NCBI GenBank assembly: GCA_965153285.1
Contig: OZ229119.1
DNA length: 64,000 nt
Reading direction: 5' to 3' (one strand)
DNA from: Podarcis tiliguerta
Taxonomy: Eukaryota
Of the stretch, positions 49,750-61,909 are shown piece by piece. Within the stretch, counting starts at the first letter, position 1. Each line of letters opens with the position of its first letter. A model generated the notes under the pieces. The model was not told the origin of the DNA. It saw nothing but the letters and a program-made list of their open reading frames with translations, and searched no databases. The position numbers were made by a program, and so were the translations under genes.

Positions 49750-50553
49750 CCCGGCTGCATGAGCTCATAACAAATCTGCATGTAGTAAAACACACACCAC
49801 ACACCAAACATGCGTGTAAATGCCATTCTTGGTTAGAAGGAAGCAGGGGCAGAGAGACCCACCTTTGATAATTTGTTCTGGTCTGATAAAGCAAATCAAT
49901 CTCAAGGTTAGCCAATGGACAATTTTCAGCTTCAGTATGTTGAAATAAATTAATATATGCAAGTAAGTGCATTTCCCTATGGGCAATGCTCACTGGCATT
50001 ACCATAATTTGTCCTAGTAAGTAAGGGGGAAATGATGGTGATCTTGTGCAGACACAGTGAAATTTATAATGGATAAAAGCAAAATGAAGGGGGATGAGGG
50101 TGGGGATAAAGCCATAGTCCTATCAGGACCCAGTTTGCAGGTTTTAGATGTTATGTTAATCTCCTAGGTGCAGTGAAAGGATGTCATGCGCTCCTTTTTA
50201 TCACAACCCAGCTAGTTTTCGCCATGGCTTTCCTGTTTTGTTGCAATGCTAAAAATATGAAACTGATGACTCATCAGTTCCAACCAACATATATTTCACT
50301 TGTGTGGTTACACAGACACACTGTAAATAAGCAATTACCGTTGTTGCTGGGAGATTTATTTTGTTGTTGCCGTGCCAACAATACAATTCTAATCTTTGTA
50401 GTTATGTTTACAAGAGAGGTGCTGGAGAATCTGAAGATCAATCAATGTTGATCAAAACATTAGACAGTTACCTGGCATCTTTACATAGATTTCTCTCACC
50501 TTCTGGTCCAGATTTGTTTGTTCAGGCCCATTGCTACCCTGTTATTGAAAGCA

Positions 50554-50893
50554 GGGACGCGGGTGGTGCTGTGGGCTAAACCACCAAGCCTCTAGGGCTT
50601 GTCAGTTGAAAGGTCGGCAGTTTGAATCCACATAGTGGGGTGAGCTCCCTTTGCTCCATCCCAGCTCCTGCCAAACAGGGGCATAGCTAGCTGCCCCGGC
50701 ACCCAGAGCGGCGGGGCCTAGCAAGCTGCCCACAGGGGCACTGCAGCAATCCGCCCAGAGGGGTGGTGGTGCGGCGAACTGCTCACGGAGTCTGCCTGGT
50801 GGACGCAAGCCCCATGCTGCCATTTTAGGCAGAGTGGGGTCCCGAGCCCTGAGCACTGCATCCCAAAGTTGAATTCGACTGGACTTAACCTTT
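50554..50893 (+). mobile_element. Sauria SINE with its interior replaced by a foreign GC-rich segment
   Basis: SINE head gggacgcgggtggtgctgtggg...cccagctcctgccaa (to ~50673), then ~180 unrelated bp, then SINE 3' end cgactggacttaaccttta; TSD-like ttattgaaag/ttatttaaag. Confidence 0.7.
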
Positions 50894-52552
50894 ATTATTT
50901 AAAGTCCTTGCACACCTATTTATACCAGTGCACATTCAAGTTCAAAGCTGGTTTCAAATGCTGCGTTCTAATTGTGCAGATTTGGGACTCATTTCACACA
51001 GGCACATTTAAAGACAATTACATACATTATGGTTGTCAAAAGGAGTGTTAAAGCATAGGATCTGAATGAATTGCATTACAATGTTAGTGTTGCTTGCAGC
51101 ATGTCATCTTCATTGTGATGAAATTTGTTTCCATGCAATTGATTTGTACTGGGTTTTTCACCTTACATTGGAGTTGAATATAGCCTTAGAAAGTGTCCTT
51201 TATATCTGTTACATTCTGTTCCATCAATCAGATCTATAAGTATTATCTGTGTGGATACAAAGAAAGAATTTCTGTTTAAAGTATCATTGGGACATTTTTT
51301 TTTAAATAAAAAAAATGGCATGTAACTTTACAAAGAAATATATTTGTTTAGAAAGTCAGGCTAGGAAAAGAAAAGCTTCACTGACATTTTAAAGCTATTA
51401 AATTCATTGTAGAAAACCATCAATATGCATACGATGCTAAAATGCATTTTAAAGGATAGGCTGCAAGCAAAGTGATATTTTGTATGACAGAATTTTTAAA
51501 AAGCCATCTGCTGCATTAAGAACATTTGATATTTCACCATGGTATAGGCATTTGTCATCAGTGTGACTCAGATGGCATGTAATTTGCTCTTGAAAGTATT
51601 CTCCTGCAGCCCTGTAGATTTCAGGAGTCATTAAATGGAATTACCAACAAAAGTCTAGAGAACAGCAGTAGGCTGCCAAATAGCTGGGCTGTAGATCTTC
51701 AAAGCCTACTTCTGGTTCCTTGCTAGGATAAAAAAAAATAAAATCTTAATGTGTCAGCTGTAATTATACTCAGAAGTGGCATGATCCTAGGAGATGCAGG
51801 TATAAAAAGGCCTTTTGCTAGTGCTTCTTGTTATAAGAGACAGTTGAAATCCTTTTGGATTTTTCTCATGGTGGTATATGGAAACGTAAATATACAGCCA
51901 GCAGTGCTAAAAGCAAGAAACACATTTTGCAGCAGGCATCTATTAGCTTGGAAGGAAGGTTTCAAACCTCACAATGCTCATACAGAAAGCTCACACTGTT
52001 TGTGTCCACACCATATGGGCAGTTCATAAACAGTTCTTGAGAACTCTGTGTCCTATATTTTTCCATCCTGCATCCCCTTTCATCCTATTCTAACCCTTAT
52101 TAAATTAAATTTAGCAGGCCAGGGACTACAGAACTTTATTTATTCCTTTTATTAATTAAGCAGTGTTAGGCGACCACCCTAGTAATGAAGAGATGCCCAG
52201 GAATTTTGGCAATCCCTGTTCATGAGACTGGAAATCTTCGAGGCCAGATTCCTGACTGTCTTCAGTAACACTTCACTGGGGATTAAGCAGGCCCCAAAGC
52301 AGCATACAAAACATGGCATGATTCTGGGTGATTGATTCTGGTCAAATCTTCAGCAACGAAAAAAAGGGAATGGATACATTTTGGCTGCTGGATGTTTATA
52401 TTTATTTACTTACTTAAAGCACTGCTCAACTACTTACTATTTTAAAATCTCTTAAGCAGTATACAAAAATACAATACATTTTTTTTTTTTTACAATTATC
52501 ATAAAAAGAGATATCAGCAGTGAAACAGTGATATAAAAGAAGAAATCCAGTA

Positions 52553-52792
52553 CAGTGCTAACTCGGTTTTCAAACGTAATCTGTTCCAGAAGACCATTTG
52601 ACTTCCAAAACGTTCAAAAATGAAGCATGCATTTCCGGAAGCATTTATGTCTGGAAAACTCAATACAGAAGCCGTGTGGCATGTTTGGCTTCCAAAAAGC
52701 ATTCAAAAACCAAAGCAGTGACTTCCGGGTTTTTGGCATTCGAAAGCCGAAACGTTCGACTTCCGAGAAGATTGAAAATTGAGGTACCACTG
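52553..52792. mobile_element. Tc1/mariner MITE
   Basis: TA-CAGTGCTAACTC...GAGGTACCACTG-TA. Confidence 0.75.
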
Positions 52793-52809
52793 TAATAACA
52801 GGATCCAAT

Positions 52810-53200
52810 CATATGGGTCTGGGTAAGACTGGGTGAAAAGGTCTGTCTTTACAAGACATGTGAAGCAATTAACGGATAATGCTTTGTGTATGGCAGAGAG
52901 AAAGGCTTTCTAGAGTGCAGGAGCACTGGTGGAAAATGCAAGTTTTGGGATCACTGCCTTGTGATATTCTGTAGCAAGCAGTTTTCCAAGTAAAATTTTC
53001 CCAGCTGATCGAAGTGATCCCACAGGTCTATAAATGGCCAGGTGGTCCTCTAAGTAACCTGGTCCCATATTGTTCAGGTCTTTAAATGTTAGTAACAAGA
53101 TCCTGAAAATTGCCCAAGAGCTAACTGGCAGCTGCTGCAGTTCCCTCAGCACACAGCTGTAATATGTGTATATCCAGGTGATCACTCTATAACCTAGCCA
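52810..53200 (-). mobile_element. L2 3' ORF2 fragment
   Basis: Minus-strand VLRELQQLPV...FRILLLTFKDLNNMGPGYLEDHL..Y.P.GSLRS...AFSTSAP. Confidence 0.75.
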
Positions 53201-54440
53201 CAATCCATCCATTCTTCCTTCCTTCCATAATAAAAAAACAGAGAGGGTAAAAGCCTGAAGAAGATAAAGTTAAAATGGAACGGAAGGAAATCCTCTTAGA
53301 ATTTTCTGATCAAGTAACACAAGGTGTGCATTAATGTCCCAGTGGTGTTGTTCTGTACAACCTGCTGCTGCCGCCACAATATTTAAGGTACCTCCAGTTC
53401 ATATCTCCTCAATAAATTCCAAGAGGTTGTAGCATGCTACAATTGCAAGGACCCTGTCAATCACATAGGTTTCCTACTTTAAAGCTGTCATCCAGATGGG
53501 ATTGATTTCACTGAAAGTATATGACTGATTGCTATGCTCGCTAGTTTCTAGTTAATCCTGGTTTCTTCTTCATTATCATATTTAACTGAATCTCCTTTGC
53601 AACCTTGACCTCTCTCCCCTCTGCCACAACTCTGAGGGCTTTTCTTCAATGTCACCGTAGCCTTGGCTATACAGTTTTATGGTAGCTCCTCTGCGTACCA
53701 TTGGGTGAACTGCTCTGATGTCACAAAGAGGCTTGCCAGATTTGGTCTCTGAGGAAACTTTTAGCTTAGGGTTTTAAAAAACACAAACAAACAAACAAAC
53801 CTCCATATCTATATTCAGAGATTTGTAAGGAAAGTATATAAATTTTAAGCATTTCATGAATGTGAGCATTCAAAAGCAATTTTGTGGGTACAAATTCATC
53901 CAGGACTTTCAAAGTTCTTTGATAATATTGTATTTCACACTTAAGAACCTGATTAAGGAAAATCCAGGCCTCTGTGTCATGTGATTCTTTTAGCTGATAC
54001 AAAATCAAGGACGGGTGAGTCACTGGAAGCACATTGTATCTCTGCTGCAACACCTCCTTTATTCTCTAGCTACACTGGTAGGGAGAAAAAAGACCCCCCC
54101 CCCAATCTGCTATCTGACTTTTACATTTGAATGTCTGAAGACCCATTAAAGAAATGCTACTGCGAATTCAACCCAATGCCACAGTATGCTAATGACTTAG
54201 GCACATGATAAGCCTTGATCACATTTTCATAATAAGGCCTGCATTCTATTCTCTAAAGACATATACTGTAGCAGAGAATCTAAATGAAAAATGTGTTCGT
54301 GAAATGTTTCTTATGAACCCCTACCTGCTCAGATGCCTTTTTATGTCAAATGCTATCATAATTTTATTGAAAAAACTGCCTATTCAGCTTCTTGCTTCTC
54401 TTATGCTTTATACTGAGCAGGGCTGCTTGTCCATCTAGGC

Positions 54441-54578
54441 CAGCGGTTTTCAACCTGTGGGTCCCCAGATGTTGTTGGACTACAACTCCCATCATCCCTG
54501 AGCTCTGGCCTTACTAGCTAGGGGTGATGGGAGTTGTAGTCCAACAACATCTGGGGACCCACAGGTTGAGAAAGGCTG
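54441..54578. mobile_element. Young palindromic hAT MITE
   Basis: Near-perfect ~58-bp inverted arms; perfect 8-bp TSD atctaggc at 54433-54440 and 54579-54586. Confidence 0.95.
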
Positions 54579-54957
54579 ATCTAGGCGAATGCTGCTTTCT
54601 CTGGCTGGCAGCAGCAGCAACCCACAGATTCAGAGAAAGATGTTTCCAGCCCTACTTCCTGAGAGCCTAGTGAATGGGAATGGGAATGGAAATTGAAGCA
54701 AGGACGTTTTGCCTAGAAAGCATGTGCCCTACCACTCAGTTGCAGCCTTTCGGTTAGTACTACTTCTGGTGTGAGGGCATATTTCTTTTATACTTTATTT
54801 TATTTTTAAAAAAGATCTCTCTGTTGGACAGGATCAGTCAGCGATTCCCTGGCTATTCAACATTTGCACACAAGGCATTACGTGCTACACAAAACATGCA
54901 TACTCCTTCCCCAAAGGTTAAAAACAAACCCCAAAATGAATATTCAGAATTATCACA

Positions 54958-55074
54958 AGCTACCAGCATGAGTTTGACCAAACTGCAGGAGGCAGTGAAA
55001 GACTGGAGTGCCTGGCGTGCTCTGGTCCATGGGGTCACAAAGAGTCATACACAACTAAACAACTAAACAACAAC
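54958..55074 (+). mobile_element. BovB LINE 3' fragment
   Basis: catgagtttgaccaaactgcaggaggcagtg...gcctggcgtgctctggtccatggggtcacaaagagtc...(CAA)n tail. Confidence 0.88.
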
Positions 55075-55123
55075 CACACTTTTCAGCCTGCATATCCAAA
55101 TGCTTGCATGGGGCATCTCTTTA

Positions 55124-55151
55124 AATGAATGAATGAATGAATGAATGAATG
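55124..55151. repeat. (AATG)7 microsatellite
   Basis: Direct reading. Confidence 0.9.
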
Positions 55152-57396
55152 CTAGTATGTGGGCAGGTCATTGGGATAAAGCTCTGAGAAGGTTTGAGGG
55201 GAGGCCAGGAGGCAGAGGTCATATTTTGGTTTCTGTTAGCTGGAAGCAAAGAAAGAATGGCCATGTCATTTTGATTTGCTGCTAATGGTCCTGCAAGGGG
55301 GAAAAGGCAATGGAACAGTGAACTGAGGGAAAATTAGGCTCAAGGCAAAAGACAGTAAGCAAGAAATGGCCAACCTTTAAACAATATGCTCGAAACCCTC
55401 ATGCTGCATGTATGATATCTATAAAAGGAGGGAAGCTGCTTTGCTGTGGAGGGCTAGTTTTTTTCCTCCCCTTTCACACGTTGGCTCCATGTTCACATAG
55501 CCTATGTTTTAACTAATTCAGAGCTCCAAGGATAAAAGGTGTCTATAAGCCAGCAAATAGACTACACTCATCCCTACAGATCGCTCTGCGACAGATTGAA
55601 AAATAGTCTTCGTTTTCTTTCGTATCTCCAGAACACCATCTGTGAGAGAACACAACAGAATGGAAATTGCTCATGCAAAATGAGTGGGGGAAGGAGAAAT
55701 GGCAAAATTTCACAGTATGTGGCTTAGGGAAGTTGTTTGGCTGGTTCTTGCAGCTTGCTGTCTTGGTCTCAAAGAGTGAGAGAGAGAAAGGAGGCAACTT
55801 GGCATTTTGGAGAGCAACTTCCTTTCATGAGTCAGCCAAAACCAAGGCTATGAATGATACTTCAGCTCGTCTATCAATGTATGTGACTGTGTTTGTTCAA
55901 ATGCTCAGGAGCCATTTAAAATGGAAGCTTGAGCAGTCCAAGGAGTGATAAAGACAACAACAACAACGTCCAATAAATAAATAAATCATAGACTCCACAT
56001 TCTGAATATTGGTAGTCTGATGTAAATCAAAACACAGATGCAGAATCATGGTTGATGTTGGCTTGAGCTCCTTGATGAAATGAGGTGTTGCTATGCTGAC
56101 TGAGATTATTGTTCTTTCGCACACCATGGACATGTTCTGCCATAAAGCCCTCCATATTCTTGAGAGTTTGATTACAGAGATCTAGGATTGTTCTTCAAAG
56201 CAGTTTGCTTTGGTCAAATTTCAAAGTTGATAGTCCTGGTTGTGGCTGTTCTTTGGCCCACTGAGAAGGGGGGGGGGGCACAAGGACATGACTGTGTAGC
56301 AGCAGGCTGATTAATACTCTTGAAAAGAACAAGAGGACCTACCACTGTGGGTATGACAACAAGTCAATGCTTTTAGCTGTGTGATTCTGAGGTGAAATAT
56401 GTAAGTTTATCATGCCCTGGACAGAACAGGGTGGTCTTTCATAGTTTGCAGCCCATCTATTGTTTGTAGAGCTCAAAATATGAAGTATGGTGTTTCCACA
56501 CTGTTGTGGTTTTCAGGTGGGCTTCAATCACATACCAGCAAATTCAGGCCGTGCAAGTAAAAGTTGATATGCAGCTCTTGCATAACAAAACTGCTGCCTA
56601 CATTCCCCCCCCAAATAGACTGTTGGTGACAAGTGATGGGAAAAGGTACCAAAAAGTGTGTTTGTTTGATGTCTCATAGCCTAACTTTCTTGCAAACATG
56701 AACAACTACTCAGTAAATAGTGGACATCAACAAATCTCCCTACAAATGAATCAGGATAAATGCTCAATAAACAGGTGATTTGGAAGTGTCATTTGTTAGT
56801 ATATATTCCTAATAGGTGAAATGATAGAACTTGATAGAACAATTTAGAATTCATATTTAGACAGGGAATAGGTGGTGACTATGGAAGAATTCTGCAATTT
56901 CAGGGATGGATGAAAGAGGATCAGGGATAAAAAGTGCAAGTATCCAGATTTCTGACTATTGGGACCCTTCTGATTTCTGAGCGGTTAACATACTGCCAAC
57001 TTATTTTTATGCTTTGCTTCATTGAAAATGAAAGGAAACATTTTCAGACTTGAGGATATGACTGGGAATTTTCCATCAGGATCCACTATGACAACACAGT
57101 CCCAAGGTCACTGGGCAGGATCATGACCATGGATTACATTTCAAATCCACATCATAGAGCTTCAGTTTTAAATGCTGATGGCCCAACCAGAATTTCTACA
57201 GAGAGAGTGCCATTAGCATGTCCTCTTCCAACCCAATGGTTTCTGCATTGCAATACAAATGTATTGTTGGAACCTATTGGGATTTGTCAAATGTTTCTTT
57301 TTATGAACACTTAACAGATTCTGAAATAGAGATCATTCCCTCAAATCACAAAGCATAAAGCACCATTACAAGACTGCCTATGAAATTGCCTTATTC

Positions 57397-57721
57397 CGGG
57401 GTCGCCAAGGTTTACCTCGCCTGGGCCGGTTCACTCCAGCGGAGATCCCTCTGTGGGCCAGATTGGGTGTGCGTGTATGTGAGTGCAGTCGCCTGCGATT
57501 TCTGGCATCTGCCTCTGTGCAGACACGATTTCCGGTGTCTGCGCATGCGCAGATGTGATTTTCGGCTCTGCAGAAATGAGTCCTTGCGCCGCACTGCGCC
57601 GGTTTAGCGCAGTGCACGGGGACTCACCGAGCAGGCGGCTTGGTTCGGGGGTGGCTTGTGGGCTGGTTAAACGACCCCTTGGGCCGCTTGTGACCCATGG
57701 GCCTTAAGTTACCTACCCCTG
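57397..57721. mobile_element. hAT MITE (CAGGGGT TIR family)
   Basis: C-GGGGT...ACCCCTG ends; perfect 8-bp TSD ccttattc at 57389-57396 and 57722-57729; CpG-rich interior. Confidence 0.9.
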
Positions 57722-59399
57722 CCTTATTCCAACCATTTCCAGATGTTACTCTGAACACTCACAGAAGGGAGAGTGGGGTAATTCCTGTTGGCTCCACCTC
57801 TGTGCATGCTGACCACAATGATTGTACATGCAGTCAGGGGCCCTGCTTATTTAAGGGTCCCTGCTTATACACAGGGAGCCTACACATGTAGTATCTATGC
57901 ACAGAGGATATTTCATACATTGTACTGAATGTGGGAATGGTCTCCCTTCTGCCATTTCTCTGAAGTGGCATCTGCTGCTTTTCAAAACCAAACCAAACCA
58001 AACCAACAAAAAAGCAGCCAATGTAAGTGATCTGGGTATCACTTTTACACTTCAAGCTATAACAGAGGTAGTTACAACCCCTCTTTAAATTAGCATCACC
58101 TTTGTTTCCCGTGGATCCTATTTTAGACATTATCCTATTTGACTTTAACAAAACTGAAAGGCAGGTACGATATATTTAATATGAAGCTGGGTATTATTTT
58201 CACTCCACTTGCACTTGAACCAGTGTTGTCAAACTGACTCCCTCAAAGACTTCATAAAGGGATTGAATAATACGACAGATGAGCAAGCCTGGTGGGAAAT
58301 CTACAGATACTTTTTAACATCACCCCTTTTAATTAGAAACTCATTCCTTGCAGGCCTAATGGAAGGAGTAGGTTTTAATGTGTCTGGCATACAGCTGCAT
58401 AATAGGCTTCCATTTACACATACTTAAATAATTAATTATGAAGAGTCGTTAATGGCAAGACTAGAACAACATCATCTAAAGCAAATGCTTCACAGTTGAC
58501 TTTACTGAGTAGGCAATGGTAGGCTCCTAATGAGCAATTCATTTTTTTATGGTTCTGCATATTGTTTTTAATACTATTTACTATACTATTTCTTGTCATT
58601 TCTCTCCTATAAATATTGCTATTTATTGATATCTTTTAAAATCATAATTTAAATGTAATGTTGAAGCCTTGAGTCTCATAGCTTCTGTGACATCATTGCA
58701 GCTCAGCAAATGGCTGATAGGAGAGCAATTTCAATGAATTGTTTTCCTCACCCAAGTCCTGAGCCTTGAATGGTGCAGAAAAACCACCCTTTCTGCGCAG
58801 GTGAGTCCAGAAGGGTTATCTGCCATAACCAGGATCAGACCCAGAGAATCCTAAGTCCTTTGATCCGCCTCCCTCTTTAAGATCAGGGTCCCAAAGGCAT
58901 GCACGCGAAGGGATACAGAAAATCTCAGAATCAGAATCCAAGCTGTCCAATGAGGAATTCTATGAGAGAACTTACAAAGCAGCATCTGGAGAAGGTGTTG
59001 AAGGGCATTCCAAGTGCTGAAAAATATTGCTGAGCATTAACCTTTTATGAACTTGCATGAACTTGAGTTGAACTAGTTCATTTGGTAAAAAGAACATGCC
59101 TGAACTAGCTCCTATTTTGGCAGGATGAACTATAACTAATTCCTTTTTAATATGAACTTCTCAAGCCCTGCGTGGCATCCATATTCTTAAAATTAAGCTC
59201 TGCACCAAACCAGAGAGATAATGTTGCAGTTGCTGAGCAAACTGCAGGTTTGTGTTGTAATCTGAGCAAACTGCAGGTTTGTGCATAGATGATACATTTC
59301 AAACCAAAATTCCTGCAAACCACTGTCTTCTTCTTTAATCCATCTGGGGTGCAGTATAAATGTAGGATGGAAAATTCTATCCTCATTGATTGAGAAGGT

Positions 59400-59790
59400 T
59401 AGAATAAGAAAAGTCCTGCTAGATCAGTCTAAGACTCAATCGGCCTGAGCATCCTGTTATCCCAAGGTGGCCATCCAGGCAGAGTTTGTAGACCATAGCC
59501 CATTCCTGCTGTTGCTTCCTGGGAAAGGCCTGTATATAGAGGTCCCTATCACCCCCATCGACAGACTCCCTGAATTTGTGCAATCCCCTTTCAAAGTTAT
59601 CTATGCTGGTGGCTGTCACCACACCTTGGCAGCAAATTCCATTAAGTACCATGGGAAGAAATACAACCTGTCTTTTCTGAATTTACAGCCAATCAATATC
59701 ATTTAGCTGCCTCTGGATTATAATGTGTGAGAAGGAAAACAGCAGCATTCTATCCACTTCCTCCAAATCGTGGATAATGTTATAAACCTC
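59400..59790 (-). mobile_element. CR1 LINE 3' fragment
   Basis: aataagaaaagtcctgctagatcag...; the minus strand reads VVTATSIDNFERGLHKF, typical of the CR1 ORF2 C-terminus. Confidence 0.7.
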
Positions 59791-60552
59791 TCGATAAGCC
59801 GAATTGATCTTTTTATGTACTAGGACGGTGAGATATCTTCACAAACATAAATCCTTTCTCTTGACTATATTTTAAAGGTTAGCCAGCTGACTCCATGGCA
59901 GAAGGAGAATGTAGAAGACTGTGTGGGAAAGAATGGAGTCAGAATGAGACATCTTGGTTTCTTAGAGACTCCAACACCCCACATCCTTTCCTGCACAGAC
60001 TGTACAGCTAAAGATGCCTCAGTAACCAGAGCCTACTGCTCTCTCATACAGTCTGTTGCTAGTAACAGATGACTCAGACTTATTATTACCTTTTCCACTG
60101 CAAGCAGCACAGTGTGTGGAACCAGGGGCTTTTCTTCTACAAGGAGGGGCAATGTAATATTGGGCGCAAACAGCTTTCCCTTTCAGAACACATTTTGGCC
60201 AACGCTCAGAAGGAGCTGGGAGACAATGTTACAAACGGAAGTTCTTTCTAAACTTCCAAGGAATGCAGCTGGACAATTAGATGAGTACATATTCAATGTG
60301 ACTTGATGGAACATTTTTTAGGACAGGGACGGGCAGACTTCAGGGTTGTCAGAACTATTTGTTCGTTTGATTTTTTTTTTTTTTACTAGAACCCCAAAAT
60401 CTACCAACTAGAGCCAAGTGCAAAAGCCACACATTTTGGATTAAAGAACAGTCTGCCTCGGAACATGTTTTGAGCCTAGGGAATTGTTTTCAGTACCAGA
60501 ACTGAACTAAGTTGAGCTCTCGGAAATCCAATCCTGGTTAGCTTTCTACGTT

Positions 60553-60799
60553 AGAGCCAGTGTGGTGTAGTGGTTAAGAGCAGTAGATTCGTAATCTGGG
60601 GAACCGGGTTCGCATCTCCGCTCCTCCACATGCAGCTTCTGGGTGACCTTGGGCTAGTCACACTTCTTTGAAGTCCCTCAGCCTCACTCACCTCACAGAG
60701 TGTTTGTTGTGGGGGAGGAAGGGAAAGGAGAATGTTAGCTGCTTTGAGACTCCTTCGGGTACTGATAAAGCGGGATATCAAATCCAAAAACTCTTCTTC
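60553..60799 (+). mobile_element. Full-length tRNA-derived SINE (Squam3-like)
   Basis: A box TGGTGTAGTGG, B-box-like GGTTCGCATCTCC, gggtgaccttgggctagtcac core, (CTT)n tail and 8-bp TSD tctacgtt. Confidence 0.88.
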
Positions 60800-61909
60800 T
60801 CTACGTTTCAGTAGCCCAGTTTCCAAAGAAGAAGTCATTTTATTGTCAAATCACAAATCCTTGCTGGTTTATTGCCCAAGGCTCTGATTTCAATCTTACA
60901 TCTAACTAACCCCTGTTCTAGAAAACAACTGTAAGACCACTACTCTATTTGGAACGCTTTTAGGGGCTACTGTATGGGGAGAGTACAGTCACCCTGTAAG
61001 TTTTATTTTAAACTGAAGGGTAAGATATTAGTGAATATCCCTGATATGAGTGAAATTTGACACAGAAGCACATGTTAATGCAATGTCATAAAAAAAACCC
61101 ACACCAGTTGCAAAGCATTTTAGGGTGAGCCATTTCAACGGTGGAACACCAGATTAACATACAGTGAGCAAAGATTGCAAATCTTTGGTAAACGTCATCT
61201 GAATTGCAGTTAAAAAGATAAGGTAGCATGTTGTGATGCACAAGACTGACTGGCTGTAAAGGTCACAACTAATTTAAATTTAATTAAAAGAGATGCCCTG
61301 AGAGCAACACACCCAGTAGTTCAGTGGAATGTTGATAAAGATTACAGATGCGTATTTTAAGCTTATTTGAGCAGATTTACATCCCACCCTACTGTTCTAG
61401 CTACATGGCTTAGGTTGCTCACCAGAGCAATACTCCATAAGAATAAATCTACAGGTACCACATTCTTAAGGGATAACACTCAAAAGGAACTGAAATGTAT
61501 TAGAAAACTGAAGGTGATGACAAACGTCTCTATAGATTCAGTACACATTTAGGTGAAGGTGTTCAGGATCACTATCTGCGGCTCCAAAGTGTATCAACAG
61601 GTGATCTAAGAGAAAGCTCTGATAGTATCACATATTACATATAAAACTTTGATAGTACCAAATACTACATAGTTATGTAGTAGATGGTTTTATATGCTCT
61701 ATGGTTAGGTTCCTCGGTCTGTCCTCAAAAGTGACCGATCAGTATATGACCCGAAGAGCATATTTAGTTGAGACTGATGATATTTGCAGCAGCGATCTGC
61801 AGAGCACTGAAAGTCTTGAGCCAATGATAGACAAAACAATTGAAAATGCTGATGGGTCTGCTCCAGATATAGAAAATCTAGGACAAGACAGCCAAACTGT
61901 TCATACTAG

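Noticed and set aside
60553-60630. tRNA gene
   Set aside because: The tRNA-like head continues into a SINE body, tail and TSD; no complete cloverleaf.
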